From assembly GCA_964016885.1 (NCBI GenBank), contig OZ024740.1, positions 59,334,001-59,398,000 on the forward strand: a stretch of DNA of 64,000 nt. Direction: 5' to 3'. A model generated the notes under the pieces. That model made no database searches and was not told the DNA's origin. It was given only the letters and a program-made list of their open reading frames with translations. The first letter of the stretch is position 1; each line of letters opens with the position of its first letter. The stretch comes from Eledone cirrhosa (taxonomy: Eukaryota). Of this stretch, positions 52,152 through 64,000 are shown in pieces. A program made the position numbers and the translations under genes.

Positions 52152-54255
52152 GTTTAACGTCCATCTTCCACGCTTGCATGGGTTTGGACAGGAGTTTTCC
52201 CACTTGAGGCAAGAGTGGTTGTCTTGCTCGCATAGGACTGTCTGGTGGGTTTTCTATGGCTGGATGCCCTTCCTAACACCAACCACGTTTACAGTGTGGA
52301 CTGGGAGGTTTTTACCGTGTTACCTACACGGCCACATTACAGCGTGGACTGTGTGTTTTTTTTTGTCGTGACACCTACACGACCTCATTTGTTTTGGACT
52401 GGATGTTGTGGTACCAACATAACTTTACATTGAAAGGGGGTGGTGTGGGTGGGGTGGGGTAGTGGGGCGGGGGTGTATTTTTGTTAGAGGTGCCTACTGA
52501 CTGTAGGTTTCGCTTTGCACTTAGGCAAGGCGGGTCTTCTGTATTACTGCATAGCGCCAAAGATCTCGGTCCAGTGACATTGTCTTGGAGAGGTGTAAGT
52601 GTGTGAGGTCGGAATTTATCAAGTCGTCCCAGGTTTTTCTGGGTCTGCCTACTCCGTGGCTACCGTTTATTACACATCCAGCGGAGCATGCAAGCTTCGT
52701 TCCTCTCCAGTCTGCATATATCCTCTGCACACAATGCCCAGGTCTCACTGCCATGTAACATTGCTGTTCGTATGCAGGCATCATACAGCCTGCCTTTCAT
52801 TTTTAGAGAGAACCATTTAGCGGCTAATAGTGGTATAAGCTCTCTGAACTTTTTCGATCCCGTTCTGACTCTAGCTACTGTACTTTCAGAGCACCCTCCC
52901 CCACTGCTGATTTTGTCACCCAGGTAACGGAAGCTGTCCACTATTTCTATAGAACCATCTGTGCAATGGAATGAGCTAGTAGTATTCTGAGCACCGGCCA
53001 CATATAAAATCTATGTTCTTAGTTAGCTTACCTGTGATCCCACTACATCTTTTATGCACCCATACTTTGCATTTGGGACATAAAATGGAGTTTCTGCCTA
53101 CTCCTTTCCTACACACTGAGCATGGCCATTTCCCGGATGGAACCGGTGCCCCATTTTCCTTCCTACAAACTAGAACTTTAGTCTTAGACAGGTTAATTTT
53201 AAGGCCTTTCGATTCTAGGCCATGCTTCCATGTTTGGAATTTCTTCTCTAGTTCAGCCATTGATTCAGCTATGAGCGTTAGATCATCTGCATATAGGAGT
53301 TCCCATGGGCAGCCGGTCTTGAACTCCACTGTTATAGCTTGAAAGGCAATAATAAATAGTAGGGGGCTAAGAACGGAGCCCTGATGAACACCAACTTTTA
53401 CGCTAAACTCTTCACTATATTCGTTATTAATTCTAACCTTGCTGACTGTTTCTTTACACATGGCTTGTATAGCTCTCACAAGCCATTCATCAACACCTAG
53501 TTTTCTAAGAGCCCACCAGATAATGGAACGAGGGACTCTGTCAAAGGCTTTCTCCAAGTCGACAAAAGCTAAGTATAGGGTTTTACTTTTAGCTAGGTAC
53601 TTCTCCTGTAGTTGTCGTACAATGAAAAGAGCATCTGTGGTACTTTTACCTGACACAAACCCGAACTGCATTTCATCTAGATCAATTCGCTCTCTGATTA
53701 GTTGCGCTATTACTTTTTCTGTGACCTTCATGACCTGGTCGATTAATTTAATGCCTCTATAGTTACCCCTATCTAGGGCATCTCCTTTACCCTTGTAGCA
53801 GTTAATGATGATGCTGCTACGCCAGTCCTTCGGAACAATCCCATTCTGTATGACTTGGTTTACTATCTGGGTGAGCATGGTGTGTCCCACCGTTCCAGAA
53901 GCTTTCAGCATTTCAGCAACTATTTCCGAAGGCCCAGCCGCCTTACTCGTCTTCATATCTTTGATTGCCTTACTTATTATACTACCTTCGACTAACACTG
54001 CTGGTCCCTCTATTGGGTCGATGTGGGGGAGACTGTCTTTCTCCCATTTGTTCTCCTCATTTAGTAGCCTTTCGTAGTGACACTTCCAAGCTACCTTCTT
54101 ATCAGCGTCAGTGATGGCAAGTACACCATCATCATTAAGGACACACTCTCCCCGACAATATTACGGTTTTCCTTGACACATTGCCTAGCAATCCTGAACA
54201 CCTCACATTTTTGGTCCTCGCGTTGTAGAACATGCTTGAACTTTCTTGAACATAC
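52108..54255 (-). mobile_element. Longest RTE LINE copy (most of RT, small deletions, 3' UTR, tail)
   Basis: 340-aa ORF 52976-53998: KAAGPSEI, NYRGIKL, QFGF, FVDLEKAFDRV, QGSVLSP, YADD. Confidence 0.95.
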
Positions 54256-54271
54256 ATAGTATAATATAATA

Positions 54272-54460
54272 TAATTGTTTCTACTTTAGGCACAAGGCCA
54301 GCAATTACCCAGTGCATTACTGGTAATTTATTTTATCGACCCCGTAAGGATGAAAGGCAAAGTCGACCTCGGCGGGATTTGAACTCAGATCGTAAAGGGA
54401 CGTAACTATGCTGGAAAGCATGGCGTCCAACCCTCTCCCGATACTGCCAATCCACCGCCC
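54272..54460 (-). mobile_element. SINE family A with TSD
   Basis: Flanking direct repeat ATAGTATAATATAATATA. Confidence 0.85.
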
Positions 54461-54779
54461 ATAGTATAATATAATATAGTATAATATAATATATTTTATA
54501 TTAACTTATAGTGAAATAAAAATTTAGAAATGATTTTGGAGTTGTAATTATTTGGCAAATGATTTGATCTGCATTGATGTATTGAAAAGTGAGACAAGTG
54601 CATCTTGGAAGAATCACTTTAGGCATTGAAGAACACACAAAAACTGTTTTTAAATATTTCCACTATTATTGAATACTTTCTTTCTTTAAATATAAATATA
54701 TACAATTGTTATCACATACATATAGGCATAAATAACTACACTGCCTCAGTGTGAGTGTGTATCCATTAAACATATACAT

Positions 54780-55200
54780 ATACACCTGGTCCAAACACCA
54801 AGGAACCAAACTCCCACTGTCACTGCCTCCGTCTCTCCAGCTCTCCACATCTCTTATTATTATGAACAAATGGGGGCTCATGCACTCTCTGCCCTGTGAC
54901 CCTGGTGGACAGAATAGAGAAGGCGTTTCCTCGGAGGATGGTGAAGGAAACACACTAGAAGAGCCATTCCAGCTCGTAAGGCTCACACCTGCGGGTAGCC
55001 AACTCTGTGTTGGTGGTGGTGAGTAGGGAGATGGCCATAGGGCCAAACACACCAGAAGTCTCTACTGCTACAGGCTCGACAGCAAACTATTTGGAAAGAT
55101 TATCCTCCTTGGCCAGAAGTGCAGCAGAGCCTGGGTTAGTCACAGACGGCACCAGGTTGCCACTGGAGAGTGTGTCGCTGCATGTGGCATCCCATATTAG
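54780..55200 (-). mobile_element. CRE-like LINE 3' fragment (restriction-like endonuclease region)
   Basis: LIWDATCSDTL..AVEPVAVETSGVFGP..SFTILRGNAFSIL. Confidence 0.7.
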
Positions 55201-56212
55201 CATTATATTGTGAACTACAGCAGGAATTTTGTCAATCTTCCAAATCCTCAGGCAAACAAAAGGTAGTCTTTTTCATGAAAAAAAACTGAAGCAGTGAATG
55301 GTGCCCCAGAAGAAATACTTGATTGTTACTTGAAAGAATTTGAGTGAAAATGGCACAATGACACATATGAACATGGTGGGAATTAGGAATTTGAAAACAT
55401 TCCTATTGCTTCACATGAACAATATGCTCTTTAATTGTCCATTTATATCATTGATTTATTATTAAAATATAATATATTTCTTTTTATAATATAAAGCTAC
55501 TCTGTTTTAATATCCATTGATTTGTTGTTCTCCATGTAGGTTATTTGAAAATTTAATTTAAAATATATTCTTCACTGCCAGACAGACATAAGCAATCGAT
55601 ACTTTAGTATATATGTTTATATTTAAAGAAATTAAGTGTATTCAATAAAGTAAGTGTTCGAAGAATGGAAATATTTGATAAAAGTATTTGATAATTAATT
55701 TGGTATGTTTATATCTAATATCTGTAGCATTTTTTAAGGGATGCCAATATTTTATTGCCAAATTCAGACAGTACACATTGTAAACTGGTTGGTGTTAGAA
55801 AGGACCACCAGCCATAGAAACCATACACAGTTGGAACATATGAGCAAGACATGGCCATCAAACTTGTCTAGTCACAAAGCATGACGACTTGTCTAACCCA
55901 TGCCAGGGTGGGGCACAGATGTAAAATAGTTATGATGATGATAATGGTGATGATGATGATAATGATGATGATGATAATGGCAACTGATGATTAAAACTGT
56001 AGTGAAATTATCTCAGGTAAATCTGCGGTATGAAACAGTGACTAAAATAGATATGATGTCATTGCCAAAAATAGCCATAATGAAACCTATGGGTATTTAA
56101 GTGAAGAGCCAGCCAAAATTTCCCCCTTACTAAGTTCTATCTCATACACAGGCAGTTACCTTAGTAATCATAGCTGTCACAGCCAAGTCATAGCAACTAG
56201 GTGAGTAAATAT

Positions 56213-56397
56213 TTGTTTCTACTTTTGGCGCAAGGCCAGCATTTACCCAGTTCATTACTGGTACTTTATTTTATCGATCTGGTAAGAATGAAAGGCAAAG
56301 TTAACCTCGACGGGATTTGAACTCAGACCGTAAAGGGACGTAACTATGCTGGAAAGCATGGCGTCTGACCCTCTACCGATACTGCCAATTCACCGCC
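56213..56397 (-). mobile_element. SINE family A with 16-bp TSD
   Basis: CTAGGTGAGTAAATAT at 56197-56212 and 56398-56413. Confidence 0.9.
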
Positions 56398-57234
56398 CTA
56401 GGTGAGTAAATATGCTCAATACACACTATAAATCACACACTATAAATCACATTTTATTCTGTCCAACATCCATATCATAACAATTCCACACAGAAATCAT
56501 ATAGTGTACAAACATACAGTGAACAAACTTTAATCATATTTCTGTAACACCTTTGTAGGTAATCATATTGCTATTCTTCTGTCAACAGAAATCACCCAAA
56601 GATTTGATCATAGTTTCAAATAGCAGATTGATAAACAAATAACTTTATTTTACTCAATAAATACATTAATTTTTTCTATTCACTTTTCGTCAATATTAAA
56701 TTGAGTGGGTATGAATGAGATTTTGCTGAGGATGTAAATGTGCTAACCATGTGTTCTTTGATATAACTTAATTTAACTAAATTTCCCTTCAATCAAACAA
56801 CAACCAGGTCCTCATTGTAATACATATTGGATTATTCACATACATATATTAAATCTAACAATTGTACATTTCTTCATCTCACTTGCTAGATAGTTCAGCA
56901 AACTGATTGTTAACATTTTGGCAGTGCAACAGATATTTAGGTATCCTTGTGATTATAGGTTGAGAAGCTGTGGATATATCTGTAGTATCCTTTTACATAT
57001 AATGCAGGGAAGCTTCTGGTTTGAATCTTCATCAAAATTAAGAGGTGAATATTAGATCCATATTGAGGAACATACATATTACAGTATTGTTGGGGATGAA
57101 TATATACATTTAAGGCTAAATTATGAAATCAAAAGGCTGTCAAAAGTCACTATTCTTATCCCTGATGCAACTCTTCATGATCTCAAAGCATTCATCCTGG
57201 ATACACCCTTTACTGTATATATATAGTTCCTGAA

Positions 57235-57309
<75 letters not shown>

Positions 57310-57959
57310 TATATATATATATTTGAAAAAAAGGAAAAGAATGACTTCACTTGTAGTGTTAAATAATTTTATAATATTATATTATGAGTTTGTAGATCTA
57401 GTAAGTTCTTTGTTAACTTCGGTGGGAAGAATTTTAAAGATTGCTGGTTAACTTTGTTGGAGAACTTTCTCACATTTGTCGGTGGTGATTGTCAAACTGA
57501 GATCAGGTTGTGTTGTGATGTGTGACTATATATAAAGGAGATTTGGATGGGTGTGGAGTGTTGATGAAGATTTGGAGGAATTAAAGCATACACATACACA
57601 CACACACATACATATATGCACTCAGAAAATGGTGAGGTTGACATCAAGATAAGGGTGTTTCAGAAGGTGGTTGTAAACATCCCCTCCTGCTGGTTTTATT
57701 TCATTAGCTGACCTTTGATGAGTATATAATGGCAGGCTGTTTTTCAAATTCGTTTCTTATAGCTGAATCAACTCTCTTAAATTTATAAAGAATATCTTCT
57801 ACAAATTTCTATATCAAAGAACTTCAGGCTTCCGTTAAATAGAAACAAACACCTGGAGGATTACATAACCTGCCTCCAATGATCGGCACAGTCAAATATT
57901 GCAGAGATGAAACACAAACACAACATCCCTACAGACCAACTGTAAGCACTAAACAAACT

Positions 57960-59853
57960 ACAAAAAGACTCCTCAATAATCATAAAAGAAGCAGACAAAG
58001 GTGGAGTAAACATCATCATGGACAAAAACCACTACAAGGATATGGTCCTAGAACAGTTGAATAACAAGGATTTTTACAGAAAAATCAGCAAAAATGAAGA
58101 AAGAAAATCGATGATTAAAGTAGGAAAACTGACGACCAAGTACCAAAACAACCTCACACTAAAGGAAATCAATTACTTAACCAACTTTGAAATGAAAACT
58201 AGCAATTTCTATAGTTTACCAAAGGTTCACAAATCCAGAGAAATCCAAAACAACATAAAAGGCAAAAATATATCATATGTTGAAGTACCAAAACCGACAG
58301 ATTTAAAACTACGCCCAATTGTTGCTGGTCCAGCCTCAAGCATACAATGCCTAAGCAACCTATTAGACATCATACTGAAACCCTTATGTAAAAAAGTGCC
58401 AAGCTTCATCAGAGATGATAAGGAATTCCTGAACTATATCCACCAGAAAGTATAACAGGAAACAATCTTAGTCAGCTTTGATGTAACAAGCTTATATACT
58501 AACATCCCACACGACTTAGGAGTTGAAGCTGTTGAATTCTGGATTACAAAACACCCAGACTACATTTCAGAGAGATTCCCCATAAAATTTATTATGGAAG
58601 CATTCAAACTAGTACTGGAGAACAACCACATCCTTTTTGATAATGAACTATATTTAAAAATAAAAGGAACAGCCATGGGCACCAAAGTGGCTCCAACATA
58701 TGCAAAAATCGTTATGGGCCACCTAGAGGCAAAATTACATTCCAAACTGCAGGAAACATTCAGTCATGACTTCGCCACCTACATTAACCACAACTGGAAA
58801 TGCTACCAAGACAACTGCTTCATCTTCTGGAATAGAAGCCATGAAGACTTGCAAAGATTCCATTCCATCATAAACAATCTTCACGAAGAAATAAAATTCA
58901 CCATGGAATGTAATAAAAACGAACTACCATTTCTGGATATCCTTATCATTAAGGAAGGGGAAAATATCAAAACAGACTTATTTTACAAACCAACAGACAC
59001 ACACCAATACTTGAATTTCTGTTCAGCACACCCCTCACATACCAAAAGGAACATTCCTTTTAACATGGCAAGACGCATCTGCACCATAGTAACACACCCC
59101 ACACTAGAGGGAAAAAGATTATATGAATTAAAAGAGTTCCTTAAAAGACAAGAATATCCAGTGAACATCATCAACACAGCCATCTCCAAAGCCCAGAACA
59201 TCCCAGTGACAACATTGAGAAAAACAAAGCAACAAAATAGAATGGAAAAAACAGTTATCGCTTTTGTCATCACTCACAATCCAAGGAACTTCAACATTGT
59301 GAAAGTCACGAAACAATATCTCCCAATTCTCCAGCAGTCCCCTAAAATGAATGCGCTCATAAAAGACGCATAAATTATATATAGTAGACGCCAAGCACCC
59401 AACCAAAAGAAACTGCTTACTAAAGCAAAATTTACGTCTAATAATGAAGCAATGCAAGTTAAGAAATGCAGGGACCCTTGATGCGGAACTTGCGAACGCA
59501 TTGAAGAGGGTGGACAAATCTCCTTTAAAAACAACCAGTCTTTCACAGTTAATGCAAACATGAATTGCAAATCCCAAAACTTGATTTACTGTGCAACCTG
59601 CCCACAATGTAAAGAATACTACATTGGCGAAACCGGAACGGGTCTACCTGACAGAGTTCGAGTACATAAACAACAAATTAGCGACCCCACTGTCAGAAAC
59701 ACCACATGCAGTGAACACTTCACAACATGCAGAAAGGAAAATTTCACAATTTTCCCCTTCTTTAAGATATGGTCAGACAAAGAACACTTCCGAAAATATA
59801 AAGAAGAATTCTTTATTAGAAAATTCAAACCACTACTGAACACAAAAAAGTGA
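57960..59853 (+). pseudogene. PLE reverse transcriptase + GIY-YIG endonuclease, disrupted
   Basis: FYSLPKVHK, LRPIVAG, SFDVTSLYTNIP, GTAMGTKVAP, CYQDN (degenerate YxDD), LPFLD, YKPTD, NLIYCATCPQCKEYYIGETG; several stops and frameshifts. Confidence 0.92.
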
Positions 59854-60261
59854 TATTCCATCTTCAAGCAACGGGATTCTCCCCCTCTCTTTTCTTTAAA
59901 AAAATCTCATATTGAAAAAGAAAAATAGTTGATAACACCCGTACTTTCAAACATTCGATCGCTGAAGAGAAGAAAAACCGTCAGAGGTACAATAACATTT
60001 CATTAATTTCCCCTTCCCCACACCAATGTATATGTGAACTTAAACACTTGAGTAGATGTGTGTACATTTATGTATTTATGTATGTATAGATTTTTTTTTA
60101 TATATGTCTGTAAGTATACAGATATGTGTGTACGGGTTCATATGTATGTGTGCATATGTGTGTGTATATATGTATATGTATGCACATGCGTATGTGTGAT
60201 ATATATATGTGTGGGTGTGTATGTGTGTATATATATATGTGTATATATGCGTGTGTATATC

Positions 60262-60570
60262 ATTTCATCATCATCATCATTTCATTTTACGTCCGCTTTT
60301 TCCCTGCTTGCAAGGGTGGGACGGGAACTGATTCTGGCTTGATTTCTACAGCTGGATGCCCTTCCTAACACCAACCTCATTTACAGTGAGTGCTGGGTGC
60401 TTTTTTGCCGTGGCACCTCCACGACCACTCATTTCTACAGCTGAGTAAACTGGAGCAATGTGAAATAAAGTGTCTTGCTCAAGGAAACAACACATCACCC
60501 GGTCTGAGAATTGAACTCACAACCTTTCGATTGCAAGGCCAATGCTCTAACCACTAAGCCATGTGCCTCC
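60262..60570 (-). mobile_element. SINE family B inserted in the PLE 3' region
   Basis: Same as 27118-27460 with a short internal deletion. Confidence 0.85.
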
Positions 60571-60584
60571 ATATAAATATATAT

Positions 60585-60634
<50 letters not shown>

Positions 60635-60689
60635 ATGTTTGTATGTATACGTATGTATGTACATGTATGTGTGGGTGTATGCATGTGTG

Positions 60690-60727
<38 letters not shown>

Positions 60728-61640
60728 GGTGTATAGGTGTGTGTGTGTATGTGTATATATATATGCGTATGCATGTGTGTGTATATATACATGTATGTGT
60801 ATATATGTGTGTGTGTGGGTATGTGTGTGTGTGTATGTAATATATATGGACTGTAAATATATTTACATATAGGGAAGTGAATATGTGAGCTAGCATGTCT
60901 CCCCACACTTCGTCTCCAAAACCAATATCACCAACACATTTTTGACAAATGTTCCAAAACATTCTTTTCTCTTTTTACTGTCATCCCATTCTTATCAAAA
61001 GACATGCATCTTACACCTCATTAAAACCCACCACCACCTAAATTCATCTTTGATATAGAAATTTGTAGAAGATATTCTTTATAAATGTAAGAGAGTTGAT
61101 TCAGCTATAAGAAACGAATTTGAAAAACAGCCTGCCATTATATACTCATCAAAGGTCAGCTAATGAAATAAAACCAGCAGGAGGGGATGTTTACAACCAC
61201 CTTCTGAAACACCCTTATCTTGATGTCAACCTCACCATTTTCTGAGTTTATATATGTATGTGTGTCTGTGTATGTGTGCGTGTGTGTGCATGTATGTGTG
61301 TGTGTGTGTATATATAATCTCCCTTATATATAGTCACACATCACAACACAACCTGATCTCAGTTTGACAATTGCCACTGACAAATGCAAGAAAGTTCTCC
61401 AACAAAGTTAACCAGCAATCTTTAAAATTCTTGCCACCGAAGTTAACAAAGAACTTACTAGATCTACCAACTCATAATATAATATTATAAAATTAAATCA
61501 AATTATTTAACACTACAACTAAGTGAAGTTATTTTTTTTCATTTTTCAAATATACCTAATTGTACCAAAGATCTCACACATTTTCCAATATATATATAAA
61601 CCCATGCTAGCATGGAAGATAGACGTTAAACAATGATGAT

Positions 61641-61713
<73 letters not shown>

Positions 61714-61718
<5 letters not shown>

Positions 61719-64000
61719 TGGCTGCCAACTCGTTTTCGAGTACGCCCACTACTTTATATCCATGTAGGAGAACCCTACCGATGGGCTGAACGAGTGTGAA
61801 TTTTTAGTCCAGCCAGTGACTTGGAAACTCTGGTACAAACACTACATTTGTGACAATTATTGACAGATAGTACTGGACCCATGGTACCATGTGATGACAA
61901 GTGCAGAGAGATCTCCAGATATAAAGCAATGCCAGTCCCACTCTCTTAACCAAGATGATATTTACCAAAAAGAAGAACAAGTCAACATCATTGGATACCA
62001 TCAGGGTTGCAGGTGTTATATCAGAGTTTTCCTTCTCTTAGAATTCTGCCTTGACAAAGGCTAAGGGGTCATCTCTCCCGGTGATTTTGGATAGCCATTG
62101 ACTCTTAAGAGCTCCTTTGCCCTTTGACAGGTTTTGTTTTTAGTCCTGCAGGATGTCCAAAGTCACCCTCCTCACCAAAAAACCTTGGTGGGGTTGCCAG
62201 TTTAGTCGCCAACGACCTGACCATGAGACAGGTTGTACTGGGATACATGTTACATATATACATGGTGGCTGCCAACTCGTTTTCGAGTATGGCCACTACT
62301 TTATATCCATGTAGGAGAACCCCTACCGATACGCTGAACGAGTGTGACTTTTTAGTCCAACCAGCGACTTGAAAACTCTGGTACAAACACTACACTTGTG
62401 ACAATTATTGACACATAGTGGTGGGCCCATGGTACCATGTGACGACAAGTGCAGAGAGATCTGCAGATATAAAGCAATGCCTGTGCCGTGAAGCTTTTAT
62501 AGTGAGCAAAGGCACTGCACAAAGCCAGTCCCACTCTCTTAACCAAGATGATATTTACCAAAAAGAAGAACATGTCAACATCATTGGATACCATCAGAGT
62601 TGCAGGTGTTATATCAGAGATTTCCTTCTCCTAGAATTCTGCCTTGACAAAGGCTAAGGGGTCATCTCTCCTGGTGATTTTGCATGGCTATTGACTCTTT
62701 AAGAGCTCCTTTGCCCTTTGACAGGTTTTGTTTTTAGTCCTGCAGGATGTCCAAAGTCACCCTCCTCACCAAGAAACCTTGGTGGGGCTGCTAGTTTAGT
62801 CGCCAACGACATACATATATACATATATATATATATACATACATATATATACATATACATACATATATATATATACATACATATATATATATATATACAT
62901 ACATACATATACATACATACATACATATATATACATACATATATTTATACATACATATATATATATACATACATATATATATATATATACATGGTGGCTG
63001 CCAACTCGTTTTCGAGTATCGCCACTACTTTATATCCATGTAGGAGAACTCCTACCGATGCGCTAAACGAGTGTGACTTTTTAGTCCAACCAGCGACTTG
63101 AAAACTCTGGTACAAACATTACACTTGTGACAATTATTGACACATAGTGCTGGGCCCATGGTACCATGTGACGACAAGTGCAGAGAGATCTCCAGACATA
63201 AAGCAATGCCTGTGCCGTGAAGCTTTTATAGTGAGCAAAAGCATTGCACAAAGCCAGTCCCACTCTCTTAACCAAGATGATATTTACCAAAAAGAAGAAC
63301 AAGTCAACATCATTGGATACCATCAGAGTTGCAGGTGTTATATGAGAGTTTTCCTTCTCCTAGAATTCTGCCTTGACAAAGGCTAAGGAGTCATCTCTCC
63401 CGGTGATTTTGGATGGCCATTGACTCTTAAGAGATCCTTTGCCCCTTGACAGGTTTTGATTTTAGTCCTGCAGGATGTCCAAAGTCACCCTCCTCACCAA
63501 GAAACCTTGGTGGGGTTGGCAGTTTAGTCGCCAACGACCCAACCATGAGACAGGTTGTACTGGGATACATGTTACCAGTAACACTAACTGGTGACCTGAC
63601 ATACATACATAAATATATACATACATACATACATAAATAAATAAATACTTACATATATACATACATACATACATATATATATACATATATATATACATAT
63701 ACATACATACATACATATATGGTGGCTGCCAACTTGTTTTCGAGTACGGCCACTACTTTATATCCATGTAGGAGAACCCCTACCGATGCGCTGAACGAGT
63801 GTGACTTTTTAGTCCAGCCAGCGACTTGAAAACTCTGGTACAAACACTACACTTGTGACAATTATTGACACATAGTGCTGGGCTCATGGTATCATCTGAC
63901 GACAAGTGCAGAGAGATCTCCAGATACAAAGCAATGCCTGTGCCGTGAAGCTTTTATAGTGAGCAAAGGCACTGCACAAAGCCAGTCCCACTCTCTTAAC
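61714..64000 (-). mobile_element. Four head-to-tail copies of a non-autonomous RTE derivative (about 61714-62253, 62262-62808, 62991-63599, 63719 to window end)
   Basis: Each starts on + with ATGGTGGCTGCCAACT; separated by (TA)/(TACA)n; minus strand has AGGAGAAGGAAAACTCTGA and a terminal CxxC..GLKSH..H relic. Confidence 0.88.

Larger units (their letters stand above)
57321..61590 (+). mobile_element. Penelope-like element with inverted pLTR (57321-57820 / 61047-61553)
   Basis: About 500-bp inverted arms bracket an RT + GIY-YIG region; flanked by (CA)n/(TA)n. Confidence 0.9.

Noticed and set aside
59955-59995. CTGAAGAG after the PLE ORF as a hammerhead core
   Set aside because: No stem II, GAAA-UH or stem I pairing could be formed.
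63490-63600. Possible HDV-like ribozyme at the 5' end of the RTE-derived unit (minus strand GGTAACATG..CCAGT..GCGACTAAACTGG)
   Set aside because: A P2-like pairing and CTAA are present, but I could not build P1/P3/L3. It may be truncated and needs a descriptor search on longer copies.

Overview
AT-rich, microsatellite-dense eukaryotic non-coding DNA, either intergenic or deep intronic. The SINE/RTE/Helitron repertoire and (TA)n/(CA)n/(GAT)n density suggest a cephalopod, probably octopus (inference). No host exon could be supported. Recognisable content is almost entirely mobile DNA: RTE-clade LINE fragments (one family has a PHD-type finger inside the RT C-terminal region), two tRNA-headed SINE families, three Penelope-like element (PLE) relics with GIY-YIG endonuclease, CRE-like LINE relics with a restriction-like endonuclease, a hAT transposase relic, Helitron derivatives, hAT/piggyBac/Tc1-type MITEs, and a tandem pile-up of a non-autonomous RTE derivative in a (TA)n tract. 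The most notable signal is RNA-level. Besides two near-canonical minimal hammerhead ribozymes behind PLE ORFs, two diverged copies of a pLTR-like repeat (about 616-696 and 24082-24161) contain all hammerhead core nucleotides in a non-standard, non-circularly permuted order. The proposed fold has about 10 compensatory base-pair changes across four stems and a kink-turn-like internal loop. All structures were folded by eye and coordinates of degenerate elements are approximate.
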